Source: Kiritimatiellia bacterium (lineage in GTDB: Bacteria > Verrucomicrobiota > Kiritimatiellia > RFP12 > UBA1067). From it: DNA of 44,002 bases. This document shows positions 32,424 to 40,712 of this stretch, piece after piece; position 1 is the stretch's first letter; each line of letters starts with the position of its first letter. The notes beneath the pieces were generated by a model, which was not told where the DNA came from, did not search any database, and saw nothing but the letters and a program-made list of their open reading frames with translations. Position numbers and translations under genes: made by a program. Location of the stretch: NCBI GenBank assembly GCA_017613085.1, contig JAGAEL010000174.1:1-44002 (forward strand), in the 5' to 3' direction.

Positions 32424-33563
32424 GTGCTGCAATTCGTCACCACCCAGGAGGAACTGGCCGCCGTCTGCGACCGCCTCCTTCATGAACCGGTCGTCGCCCT
32501 CGATACCGAATTCCTCTGGGAACGGACTTACTACCCGATCCTCGGCCTCGTGCAGATCGCGGTCACGGGCGGCGGCTGCTTCCTGCTCGACACCGTCCGC
32601 CTCGATTCCCTGCAACCTCTCGGTCCCGTCTTGGCCTCCTCCGGTCCCGTGAAGATTCTCCATGACGCGCGCGAGGATCTTTCCATCCTCCTCCGTGAAA
32701 TGGCGAAGTCCGGGCAGTGTTTCAAGCCCGCCAACATCTTCGACACCCGCCTCGCCGCCGGGTTCGCCGGACTCTCCGCCTCCGCCTCGCTCAAGACGCT
32801 GCTGGCGAAACTGCTCGACATCCACCTCGCGAAGACCGAGACCCGTTCCAACTGGATCCGCCGTCCGCTCCGCGATGAACAGATCCGGTATGCGGCGGAC
32901 GACGTCATCTACCTTCCGCGCCTCCGCGACGCGCTTCTCGAACGATGCCCCGGTGCGCGTGTGCGCCGCTGGCTCGACGAAGAGATGCGGAGGTATGACG
33001 ATCCCTCGTTCTACGCCGGACGCGATCCCCGCGAAATGTGGCTGCACGTCAGCGGTTTCACGCGCCCGCTCACCGAAAACGAGAAGGTGCAGGCCGCGCC
33101 CCGCCGGTACTTAGCCGTCCTGCGGGAACTCGCCGCGTGGCGGGAGACGCTTGCCCAGATGAAAGACTGGCCGCCCCGCCACGTCTTGACGGACCCGATG
33201 CTCATCGCCCTCGCGTCGGAACAGCCGCGAAACGTCCGTGCCTTCCGGGACTTGAACGAAATTCCGAAACGCCTTCCCGATGCCGTCGCCGCCAAAGGGG
33301 TGGACGCCATTCAGCGCGGCCTCTCGATCCCGGGGCCCGACTGCCCCGACATTCCCTTCCTGTCGGAATCGGAACGCGAACAGCTGCACAAGCAGATCGC
33401 GTCCGAAATCGCGCGCGTCAATGCCGCCTGCGTCGCGGAGGGGATCGACCCAGTCGTCGTGATATCCAAGGCGCGTCTGGAGCGGGTCTTCCGCGACAAC
33501 CTTCCCAACCCGTTGGAAACCGGATGGCGCAAGGAACTTCTTGCCCTGCAAAAGAAAAGGTGA
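32424..33563 (+). CDS. rnd: Ribonuclease D (DEDD 3'-5' exonuclease + HRDC)
   Basis: GTG start. Exo motifs are VALDTEF, ILHDAREDLSIL and RYAADDVIYL. The C-terminal HRDC-like region follows. Confidence 0.85.
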   Translation: MLQFVTTQEELAAVCDRLLHEPVVALDTEFLWERTYYPILGLVQIAVTGGGCFLLDTVRLDSLQPLGPVLASSGPVKILHDAREDLSILLREMAKSGQCFKPANIFDTRLAAGFAGLSASASLKTLLAKLLDIHLAKTETRSNWIRRPLRDEQIRYAADDVIYLPRLRDALLERCPGARVRRWLDEEMRRYDDPSFYAGRDPREMWLHVSGFTRPLTENEKVQAAPRRYLAVLRELAAWRETLAQMKDWPPRHVLTDPMLIALASEQPRNVRAFRDLNEIPKRLPDAVAAKGVDAIQRGLSIPGPDCPDIPFLSESEREQLHKQIASEIARVNAACVAEGIDPVVVISKARLERVFRDNLPNPLETGWRKELLALQKKR

Positions 33564-33567
33564 TTCC

Positions 33568-34074
33568 CTACCCTTTGAACACGAAGAATTTCCGGGCGGC
33601 GTAGTTGATGAGGAGGGCCGTCAAAATGTTCGAGGCGAAGGCCAGGGTCGTCTGGATGCCGAAGTACTGGATCAAGGTCGTCTGGATGAGCGTCCCGAAA
33701 AAGAGGCTCGCCCCGGAGGCGGCGTAGAAGAGCAGGATTTCGACATACCACTTGTGCCGCCCCGGCGTGAAGACGAAGAGGCGGTTGAGAAGATAGCAGA
33801 CGGCGTTTGAGAAGAGGAATCCCAACGTGCTGCACAGCAATGCATTCACGGCTCGGTTCGCCGTCCCGGCGTCGGGCGCGGTCAGACCGAACAGTTTCAC
33901 CACAAGATCGTCCTGCGTGAGGCAGGGGAAGAGGAACCAGCCCGCCAGGAAGAAGACGAGGATGTGGACACCGGTCGCGATCCCCCCCGCCATCGCGTAT
34001 TTGATGAACTGCACGAACGGCGAGGCCTCATGCGAAAGGAATTTTCTCACGTTTTTTTCAAGTGCGTCAAACAT
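33568..34074 (-). CDS. GtrA-family membrane protein
   Basis: Four TM helices and the family N-terminal pattern FVQFIKYAMAGGIATGVHILVFF. I prefer ATG at 34074 over the TTG at 34110. It is convergent with rnd, with a 4-nt gap. Confidence 0.75.
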   Translation of the reverse strand: MFDALEKNVRKFLSHEASPFVQFIKYAMAGGIATGVHILVFFLAGWFLFPCLTQDDLVVKLFGLTAPDAGTANRAVNALLCSTLGFLFSNAVCYLLNRLFVFTPGRHKWYVEILLFYAASGASLFFGTLIQTTLIQYFGIQTTLAFASNILTALLINYAARKFFVFKG

Positions 34075-34202
34075 GGTTTGTAGTGTAGCGGATTTTTCAG
34101 CGTGAAACAATCCCGAATTTTCATTCCGGGTGTATCCGCCACGAATCCATCCGTGTGTTTACAGACGCCCTTCCGTCTTTTGTCTTACATAGAGGGAAAA
34201 GC

Positions 34203-34371
34203 GGGAGGGTCGCGCTTCGTCGCGACCGAGTGGCGGCTGTCGTACGGGAGGGCGCGTGTCCCCACGCGCCGCATGAGAACGGTCGCGACGGGGCGCGCCC
34301 CTCCCGTTCGTTCCTCCGCGTCTCTGCGCCTCTGCGTAAGATAAAAGACCGTTTGCACGATTCGCGGATGC
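34203..34371. repeat. Extragenic repeat locus D
   Basis: Modules present:
- GGGAGG plus hairpin GGTCGCG-CTTCGT-CGCGACC (34208-34227).
- GGGAGGGCGCGTGTCCCCACGCGCCG (34246-34271), identical to 9196-9221.
- GGGGCGCGCCCC (34290-34301).
- CCTCCGCGTCTCTGCGCCTCTGCGTAAGAT (34313-34342), the reverse of the locus B module.
- 17-mer GCACGATTCGCGGATGC (34355-34371). Confidence 0.8.
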
Positions 34372-34403
34372 GCCTCTGCGGGCGGTGGACATACCTTTTT
34401 ACC

Positions 34404-34432
34404 TTGTTCAAGGGGGGAGTTTCTGGTATGAT
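34404..34432 (+). promoter_or_regulatory. Predicted promoter of the R-M-like pair, with a G6 tract in the spacer and a palindrome over the -10
   Basis: TTGTTC (34404-34409), 17 nt, then TATGAT (34427-34432), with an extended -10 TG. The G6 run is 34412-34417. GGTATGATACC (34425-34435) is an 11-bp palindrome. Confidence 0.5.
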
Positions 34433-34476
34433 ACCCTAGTGATTACACCCCACAGCCTGTTTGAAAAGAGGGAACA

Positions 34477-35607
34477 ATGAGTTATGAATCTGTCGACAAA
34501 TTGCAGAATCTTCTGGCCAATGAAGTTTTTTCATATACAAGTGACAAGAAGAAAGCTGCTGGTAGGGCGTTGGGGACTTTTCTTGAAATTATAACGTACT
34601 ACTTAATCAAGGTTTGGAAACTAGACCACTTCGCGGCGATTGAAAAACCACTCCCCGAATTCGCCAATACCGAGATTACGCATAACGTCGAGTTCACCCT
34701 TCACGGAAGCAGACGAATTGCTGAAAAAGAAATCAGCGAGAATGAATTCCCGATAAGTTCCAGGTCTATTTTGCGAACTCTTGGTCTGGGCAAGGAAATC
34801 AAGGGCGGAAAACCATCGATGCTCGTGGATAAGATGAACGTTATCCGTAATGCGTGTACGCTGATTTCTTCGCCGGAAACTTTCGTCAATGCGTATGTTG
34901 ACTCCTTAAACAATAGATATTTTGTCCAACGCCTGTTTTCTAGGCCATTTGCCATGTTTGAGTGTAAACGTGTCGGAGTTGAAGAAGGATCAAAGAAGGG
35001 GCCGCAGACAATTGAGAAAGCCAAACAAGGATCGTATGTTGCCAGAACCGTTTCTGCGTTACAACGTATCAGAAGGGCAGATGGTTCGTTGGCAGGTTTT
35101 CTTCAACAGTCTGAAACGGACTTCATTATTTCCGATTACTATTCGCTACTTTCCCGTATTATCCATTCAACGGATAAAGCACTATTGCGAAATTTTATTT
35201 TGACGGTAGGTGTGGTGAGTAATCATGGAAATTGGTTCACATCGAGTAATCCCAACAAAGAATTGAAGATTCTTGCACAGTCTTACGATTGGCTCATCTT
35301 TTTGACGGACAAAGGTATTTCTGAATTCATAACGGAACTCCTGCTTTCCCCTTCGGAGGAATATGCGGCTGTCAAAGAGGCATTTAAAAAGAGTTATTCC
35401 CGTGACAAAAAGGAAAATGTTTTTACCAAGGTGCGAATGACGTATGAGTGCGATAAAGCGTTGTGTTCCTATTTCGTGAAGAAAAGAAAAACGATAGAGG
35501 GATGGTTTAATGTCATCTCGCCTAAGGATCAAACGCTTGATGAATTGAAAACGGAACTTTCAATATTGGCTGCCAAGGAGTGGGAGGATGTCTATGGAAC
35601 TCTTTAG
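34477..35607 (+). CDS. Candidate PD-(D/E)xK nuclease / type II restriction endonuclease partner (376 aa); family not recognised
   Basis: About 40% GC against about 65% in the flanks. GAGGGA RBS. The motif FAMFECKRVG (E-x-K), after beta-strand-like HNVEFTLHG, fits a PD-ExK core. The 3' end overlaps the methyltransferase gene by 20 nt. The function is inferred mainly from context. Confidence 0.45.
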   Translation: MSYESVDKLQNLLANEVFSYTSDKKKAAGRALGTFLEIITYYLIKVWKLDHFAAIEKPLPEFANTEITHNVEFTLHGSRRIAEKEISENEFPISSRSILRTLGLGKEIKGGKPSMLVDKMNVIRNACTLISSPETFVNAYVDSLNNRYFVQRLFSRPFAMFECKRVGVEEGSKKGPQTIEKAKQGSYVARTVSALQRIRRADGSLAGFLQQSETDFIISDYYSLLSRIIHSTDKALLRNFILTVGVVSNHGNWFTSSNPNKELKILAQSYDWLIFLTDKGISEFITELLLSPSEEYAAVKEAFKKSYSRDKKENVFTKVRMTYECDKALCSYFVKKRKTIEGWFNVISPKDQTLDELKTELSILAAKEWEDVYGTL

Positions 35608-36202
35608 CCCTGTTACGGATTTTGCCGGAAGGAGTGTTCATTCGCAATCGCAGCACTGGTGTACTCCACCGCAATACGTCGATGCGGTCAAACGGGTTTT
35701 CGGCGGAGAGATAGAACTCGACCCGTGTTCCAATGAACAATCGATCGTACACGCAAAGTATGAATTTAAACTTCCCGAAAAAGACGGACTCGTTCAGGAA
35801 TGGGATTTTGCGTCGGTTTATGTCAATCCTCCGTATGGTGCGGATCGAACGCGAGGGACGACGATTCGGAATTGGCTTGCCAAATGTTCGTTTACGAGAA
35901 CGGAGTATGGCGCACAAATCATCGCGCTCATCCCCGTTGCGACCAATACCCTGCACTGGAAAAAATACGTATTTGGCGACGCAGACGCAATTTGTTTTCT
36001 GTTCGATACGCGGCTTCGATTCCTTGTGAACGGTAATACGGATAACAAAGGTGCGCCAATGGCGTGTGCGATGATTTATTGGGGTGATTTTTTCTGTCAA
36101 TTCGAGACCGTTTTCAAGGAATATGGCGCGGTTCTCAGTTTGGAATCCCTGAAGAAAAACAAAAAGATGGACAGGCAGATGCAAATGTCCTTGTTCGGGT
36201 AA
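35588..36202 (+). CDS. DNA N6-adenine methyltransferase of the phage Dam-like (pfam05869-type) family
   Basis: HWCTPPQYVDAV, ELDPCSN and the catalytic VYVNPPYG motifs, in the order typical of the small phage-type Dam family. The alternative ATG at 35594 has better spacing from GGGAGG. Confidence 0.75.
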   Translation: MSMELFSPVTDFAGRSVHSQSQHWCTPPQYVDAVKRVFGGEIELDPCSNEQSIVHAKYEFKLPEKDGLVQEWDFASVYVNPPYGADRTRGTTIRNWLAKCSFTRTEYGAQIIALIPVATNTLHWKKYVFGDADAICFLFDTRLRFLVNGNTDNKGAPMACAMIYWGDFFCQFETVFKEYGAVLSLESLKKNKKMDRQMQMSLFG

Positions 36203-36219
36203 TCTATAGAGGGGTAAAC

Positions 36220-37398
36220 GTGTATGCTATCCTAAAACGTTTTCTTGCTGATCCGCGCACACGCCTCGTTGTGCGGATTGTGTTTTCGGCGGCTGTCGCC
36301 GTGGTGGTGTGGACGCGGTTCGCGCCGTCCGGATGGCGCGGCCTGCTCCCGTCCGTAAGCCCGTTCGTCGCGCTCCTTTCCCTCTGCGCGGGGGCGGGGG
36401 GATGGTTTCTCGCGGGTGCTTTGCCGCTTGCGTTGGCGGCGGTCTTCTCGCCCCGCTTCTTCTGCCGATGGCTTTGTCCCGCCGGACTCTGCCAGGAGGT
36501 TGCGGGGCGGATCGGTAGCCGGTTGCCCGGTGTCCGCGTCGGCGCGTGGTCGAAGTTCCGGTGCGGCTATTGGCTGCTTGGAATCGGAATCGGCGCGGCC
36601 CTGCTCGGTTATCCGTTGTTTCTCTGTCTCGACCCGCTGGTTTTGTTCACGAACGGATGGGGCGTCGCCCTGTTGGTGGCCTTGGCGTTGGTGCGTCCCG
36701 GTTTCTGGTGCGGGAACGTCTGCCCGCTCGGCGCGCTTCAAGACCTGCTCCGGCAGTCGCCGCGTCTCCGTCAGACCTCCGCCTCGCGCCGGATGTTTCT
36801 TCAGGCGGCCGGCGGGGCGGTATGCGGCGCGGTCTATCGGCTCGCGCTGCCCGTGCGTCCTGCCGATGAATCCGCGTTGCGTCCGCCGTGCGTTCCTGAC
36901 GAGGCGGCGTTCCTCCGTCTTTGTGCGCGTTGCGGCGCGTGTGTCCGCGCCTGTCCCGCCGGGATCCTCCGCCACGCCGGGACGGATAATGGGGTTGCGC
37001 GGATCCTGGCGCCGGAAGTCCGTTTCGGGGAGGGGGTCTGCGATCCTTCCTGCACGGTCTGCGGCACGGTCTGCCCGACGGGGGCGATCCCGCGTTTCAC
37101 GGCGGAACAGAAGCGTCTCCGGCCGATCGGGATTGCCCGGGTCGATCCCGAGGGCTGCCTTGCCGCGAACGGGATGGAGTGCGGTGTCTGCGTCCGTTCT
37201 TGTCCTTTCGAGGCGATGGCATTACAATGGGAGGCGTCGGATATGCAGTCGTTGGTGACTGTGGACGCCGGACGGTGTGTCGGTTGCGGGGTGTGCGTGA
37301 ACGCCTGTCCCGCAGATCCGCGGGCGGTTTCGATACATCCGCTTCCCGCAGGGGAGGCGGCAACGGAAGGGACGGGGAAAAATGAGCGGAACGGATGA
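36220..37398 (+). CDS. Polytopic 4Fe-4S-binding membrane protein (NapH/MauN-like ferredoxin-type)
   Basis: GTG start. Membrane CxxxCP motifs are CRWLCPAG and CGNVCPLG. The C-terminal ferredoxin motifs are CARCGACVRACP, CTVCGTVCP, CGVCVRSCP and CVGCGVCVNACP. Confidence 0.8.
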   Translation: MYAILKRFLADPRTRLVVRIVFSAAVAVVVWTRFAPSGWRGLLPSVSPFVALLSLCAGAGGWFLAGALPLALAAVFSPRFFCRWLCPAGLCQEVAGRIGSRLPGVRVGAWSKFRCGYWLLGIGIGAALLGYPLFLCLDPLVLFTNGWGVALLVALALVRPGFWCGNVCPLGALQDLLRQSPRLRQTSASRRMFLQAAGGAVCGAVYRLALPVRPADESALRPPCVPDEAAFLRLCARCGACVRACPAGILRHAGTDNGVARILAPEVRFGEGVCDPSCTVCGTVCPTGAIPRFTAEQKRLRPIGIARVDPEGCLAANGMECGVCVRSCPFEAMALQWEASDMQSLVTVDAGRCVGCGVCVNACPADPRAVSIHPLPAGEAATEGTGKNERNG

Positions 37399-38857
37399 AA
37401 AGGGAAGTTTCGTGCAACGGGCGGTGCGGTTCGTGCGGATGGAAGTCTGGCACGTCCCTTTGGAGGGGCAGGGTTGGTTCAAGCGGACCTGGGTCAAGGC
37501 GTTGCGGCTGGGGATCCTTTCCGTTTCCCGTTTCCGGGCCGACTGCTGCGCCCTGCGCGCGGCCTCGCTGACGTTCTTCACGTTGATGGCGCTCGTCCCG
37601 GTGCTGGCGTTGACGCTCGCGATGGCGAGGGCCTTCGGCGCGGCAGAGATGGCGAAACGCCAGATCAACCGGCAGCTGGACGGCTGGCTCGTGCAGATGG
37701 AGACCCAGGCGAAAGCCGCCTCCGAGAAAACGGCGGAACCCGCCGTTTCGGAGGAGGAGGCTGCGGATGTCGCCAAGGGGAAGGCGGACGCGACGGAGGC
37801 GTTCGCGGGCGAGTTGCGCATCGTGGTCAACAAACTGTTGAGCCAGATCGACAACATCGGGTTCGGCACCCTCGGCGGGATCGGCGCGGTCTTCCTGCTC
37901 TGGACGGTGGTCGGCACGCTGGGCAAGGTGGAGGAGAGTTTCAACGCCGTCTGGTGCGTGGAAAAACCGCGACCCTTTCAACGGAAAATGTGCGACTACC
38001 TGTTCACCATCGTCATCCTCCCGTTCCTGATCCTCGCCGCTTCGACCGTTCCCGTCGCCTCGATGGTGACACGGATCATGGAGCGTGTCGCGGGCAAGGG
38101 TATCTCCGGAACGGTCGGCGCCCTGCTGGAGAGCGGGCTTTTCAAAACCACGACGACCATCTTTCTCGGTTCGGTCGCCTTCGCGTTCCTCCTCGGTTTC
38201 ATGCCCAACACGAAGGTAAAGGCGAAAGCCGCGCTGGTCGGCGGTGTCGTCACGGCGGTCGCGTTCGGCGGCTGGCTGAAACTCTGCGCGATGCTCCAGG
38301 TCGGGATCGGCAAATACAGCACGCTGTACGGCAGTTTCGCGATATTGCCGATCCTCCTTGCCTGGATCTACACCAGCTGGGAGATCATCCTCTTCGGCGC
38401 GGAACTGACGTTCGCCGTCCAGAACCGCGATTCCTTCGTGGTTGCGAGCCATGCGCGGAACGCCAGTTTCCGCGCCCGGATGTTGATGGCGCTGGCCCTC
38501 TGTTCCGAGGCGGCCAAGCGCCATTGCGGACAGGAGGGCGGTATGCTCGACCTCGACACCTTCGCGTCCGACACGAATATGCCGCGCCCCTTCGCGAAGG
38601 AGATCCTCAACCGCCTTGTCGATGGGAACCTCATGCGGCGCGTGGAGAACCCGACGGACGGCGACCGCGAGGAATACGTGCTGGTGAAATCCGGCGAAGG
38701 TCTGACGGCGGCCCGCGTCATCCAGGCGATGATGGACGACGGCGAGTCGCCGGAGGCCGCCGGCGTGCGGGAGGTCCCGGAGCGGATCCGCCAGCAGAGC
38801 GAACTGCTCGACGCGGTGCTGGTCAAACATTTCGGCCGTTCGGCCGTTGAACTCTAA
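37382..38857 (+). CDS. YihY/BrkB (formerly 'RNase BN') family membrane protein with a C-terminal soluble extension
   Basis: LTFFTLMALVPVLAL and FGTLGGIGAVFLLWTVVGTLGKVEESFN, plus six predicted TM helices typical of the family. It overlaps the upstream gene by 17 nt. Confidence 0.78.
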   Translation: MSGTDEKGSFVQRAVRFVRMEVWHVPLEGQGWFKRTWVKALRLGILSVSRFRADCCALRAASLTFFTLMALVPVLALTLAMARAFGAAEMAKRQINRQLDGWLVQMETQAKAASEKTAEPAVSEEEAADVAKGKADATEAFAGELRIVVNKLLSQIDNIGFGTLGGIGAVFLLWTVVGTLGKVEESFNAVWCVEKPRPFQRKMCDYLFTIVILPFLILAASTVPVASMVTRIMERVAGKGISGTVGALLESGLFKTTTTIFLGSVAFAFLLGFMPNTKVKAKAALVGGVVTAVAFGGWLKLCAMLQVGIGKYSTLYGSFAILPILLAWIYTSWEIILFGAELTFAVQNRDSFVVASHARNASFRARMLMALALCSEAAKRHCGQEGGMLDLDTFASDTNMPRPFAKEILNRLVDGNLMRRVENPTDGDREEYVLVKSGEGLTAARVIQAMMDDGESPEAAGVREVPERIRQQSELLDAVLVKHFGRSAVEL

Positions 38858-38871
38858 GGCGGGATTCCACC

Positions 38872-39717
38872 ATGCAGGACGATTACGAGTTGCTGGACAG
38901 CGGCGACGGACGCAAATTGGAACGTTTCGGGCGCGTCACGCTTTCGCGCCCCTGCTCCCAGGCCGTCTGGCGGCCGGCGTTGCCGCCTGCCGACTGGCGG
39001 CGCGCCGATGCGTCGTTCGACCGCGAGGAGGGGAACCGGTGGCACAACCGCAACGCGCTCCCCGCCCGCTGGGAGATCGTGACGGCGGGAATCCGTTTCG
39101 GACTTTCGGGAACGGACTTCGGCCACCTGGGCATTTTCCCGGAGCAGCGCGCGCGCTGGGAATGGATCCGCGCGCGTGTCGCGGAGGCCGCCGCAAAGGG
39201 AGGGGCGCGTCCCCGCGTCTTGAACCTCTTCGCCTATTCCGGCGGCTCGACCCTCGCCGCCGCCCTCGGTGGGGCGGAAGTCTGCCACCTCGACGCCTCC
39301 AGGGGCATGGTGCAGTGGGCGCGGGAGAACGCGGCGTTGAACGGGCTTGACGCGCACACGGTCCGCTGGATCGCCGACGACGCGCACAAGTTCCTCTGCC
39401 GCGAAATCCGTCGCGGGCGGAAGTACGACGCCGTGATCCTCGACCCGCCGACGTTCGGGCGCGGACAGAACAACGAGATGTACAAGATCGAAAAGGATTT
39501 GCCGGAGACGATCCGTCTCTGCGGCGAACTGTTGAGCGACACGCCGTTGTTCGTCCTGCTTTCCGCGCACACGCCGGGATACACGCCGGTCGTCCTTCGC
39601 AACGTGCTGGCGCAAGGGATGCCCGGCGCGAAGACGGAGGCGGGCGAAATGCTGCTGACGGGGAAGGACGGCGTCCTGCCCGTCCCCAGCGGCGTCTACG
39701 CCCACGCGGTGTTTTAG
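38872..39717 (+). CDS. Class I SAM-dependent methyltransferase (COG1092/RlmI-like catalytic domain)
   Basis: Motif I is [20 protein letters not shown]. Motif IV is [14 protein letters not shown]. Confidence 0.8.
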   Translation: MQDDYELLDSGDGRKLERFGRVTLSRPCSQAVWRPALPPADWRRADASFDREEGNRWHNRNALPARWEIVTAGIRFGLSGTDFGHLGIFPEQRARWEWIRARVAEAAAKGGARPRVLNLFAYSGGSTLAAALGGAEVCHLDASRGMVQWARENAALNGLDAHTVRWIADDAHKFLCREIRRGRKYDAVILDPPTFGRGQNNEMYKIEKDLPETIRLCGELLSDTPLFVLLSAHTPGYTPVVLRNVLAQGMPGAKTEAGEMLLTGKDGVLPVPSGVYAHAVF

Positions 39718-39761
39718 GGAACGGCGGTTATCGACGCCCATCGGCAGCTTTCGCTTTCTGG

Positions 39762-39790
39762 TTGCGTCGGGCGGGGGTATCGGGTATGAT
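39762..39790 (+). promoter_or_regulatory. Predicted promoter of the superoxide reductase gene, with a 15-bp palindrome over the -10
   Basis: TTGCGT (39762-39767), 17-nt G-rich spacer CGGGCGGGGGTATCGGG, then TATGAT (39785-39790). CGGGTATGATACCCG (39781-39795) is a perfect palindrome. Confidence 0.5.
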
Positions 39791-39841
39791 ACCCGCACGT
39801 TCCCACGTCGGGAGCGTTTGTGAACGAAAGGAGAAGAAACC

Positions 39842-40216
39842 ATGTTGTCAGGATTTGTGAAAAGCGCGGATTGGAAGAACGAGAAACACGTCCCCGTGAT
39901 CGAGTGCGGCGCGTTCACCCCCGGTGAGCCGCTGGATGTCACGGTCACCGTCGGGAAGGAGATCCCGCATCCCAACACCGCCCAGCACCACATCAGCTGG
40001 ATCGCGCTGCATTACGTCCGCGAAGGTTCCCAGGTCTCCATCGAACTCGCCCGGTGCGAGTTTTCCGCGCACGCGGCCTCGATGACGGACCAGCCCGGCC
40101 CCGCTTCCACCGCGCCGGTTCTCGGTGTCCGCGTGAAACTGGACGCCCCCGGCCGCCTCTACGCCACGGCGTACTGCAATCTGCACGGGCTTTGGGCTTC
40201 CGAAAAACAACTCTAG
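39842..40216 (+). CDS. Superoxide reductase (neelaredoxin / class II desulfoferrodoxin-type)
   Basis: Fe-centre ligand pattern is EKHVPVIE, HP..AQHHISWI and CNLHGLW. The protein is 124 aa with an AAAGGAGAAG RBS. Confidence 0.88.
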   Translation: MLSGFVKSADWKNEKHVPVIECGAFTPGEPLDVTVTVGKEIPHPNTAQHHISWIALHYVREGSQVSIELARCEFSAHAASMTDQPGPASTAPVLGVRVKLDAPGRLYATAYCNLHGLWASEKQL

Positions 40217-40228
40217 CGCGGAGGCGTC

Positions 40229-40711
40229 ATGAACGAGGCGGAACTCAAGATCGCCGAGGAAAAACTCGGACTGGAACGCGAGCGGCTTTCGCTCGACCGC
40301 GAACGTCTCGCGGCAGAACAGGAACGGTTCTCCGCCGAAAAGACGGCGCGCCTCCGGATCGAAGAGGGCCGCCTCTCCGTCTCGCTCGCAAATTTCATCC
40401 TCACGGCCGTCGTCTGCCTCCTGCTCGGCGCCATCCTCGGCGGCGCGGGGGTTTCGCTGACGCAGGAACGCCGCGAGCGAGCCAGGCTGCGGGACGTGAT
40501 GGATTCCATCGCGGCCTCCGACGACGTCCTCTCCGACATTGTGACGAACCCCGCCCCGCAGAACGCGGTCCGGGGCGGGCTTGCCCGCGCCCTCCGTCCC
40601 GAAGGCGCGCATCAAAACGTCTCGCTGTTCGTCATCCGCGGACCGGACAGTCCCCCGCCCGCCGTCCCCGGTCCGAAGAGGGGGCGGACGGGCGAGGCGG
40701 GACGGAAGTGA
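40229..40711 (+). CDS. Hypothetical coiled-coil / single-TM protein (160 aa)
   Basis: N-terminal heptad-like ER-rich segment. TM helix LANFILTAVVCLLLGAILGGAGV. GGAGG RBS. The stop lies 1 nt before the next ATG. Confidence 0.55.
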   Translation: MNEAELKIAEEKLGLERERLSLDRERLAAEQERFSAEKTARLRIEEGRLSVSLANFILTAVVCLLLGAILGGAGVSLTQERRERARLRDVMDSIAASDDVLSDIVTNPAPQNAVRGGLARALRPEGAHQNVSLFVIRGPDSPPPAVPGPKRGRTGEAGRK

Positions 40712-40712
40712 C

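Noticed and set aside
28886-32443. 1185-aa ORF on the minus strand, the longest ORF in the track
   Set aside because: It runs antisense to five well-supported plus-strand genes (AAA+ protein, def, DUF1080 protein, part of the MBL hydrolase, and the rnd start). Its sequence is Arg/Gly/Leu/Asp-rich low-complexity with no recognisable motif. This is a typical stop-codon-poor shadow frame of high-GC coding DNA.
37097-38850. 577-aa minus-strand ORF and 458-aa plus-strand alternative-frame ORF over the YihY gene
   Set aside because: Both are Arg/Gly/Pro/Asp-rich with no TM pattern. The chosen frame (37382-38857) shows the YihY/BrkB motifs and six hydrophobic helices.
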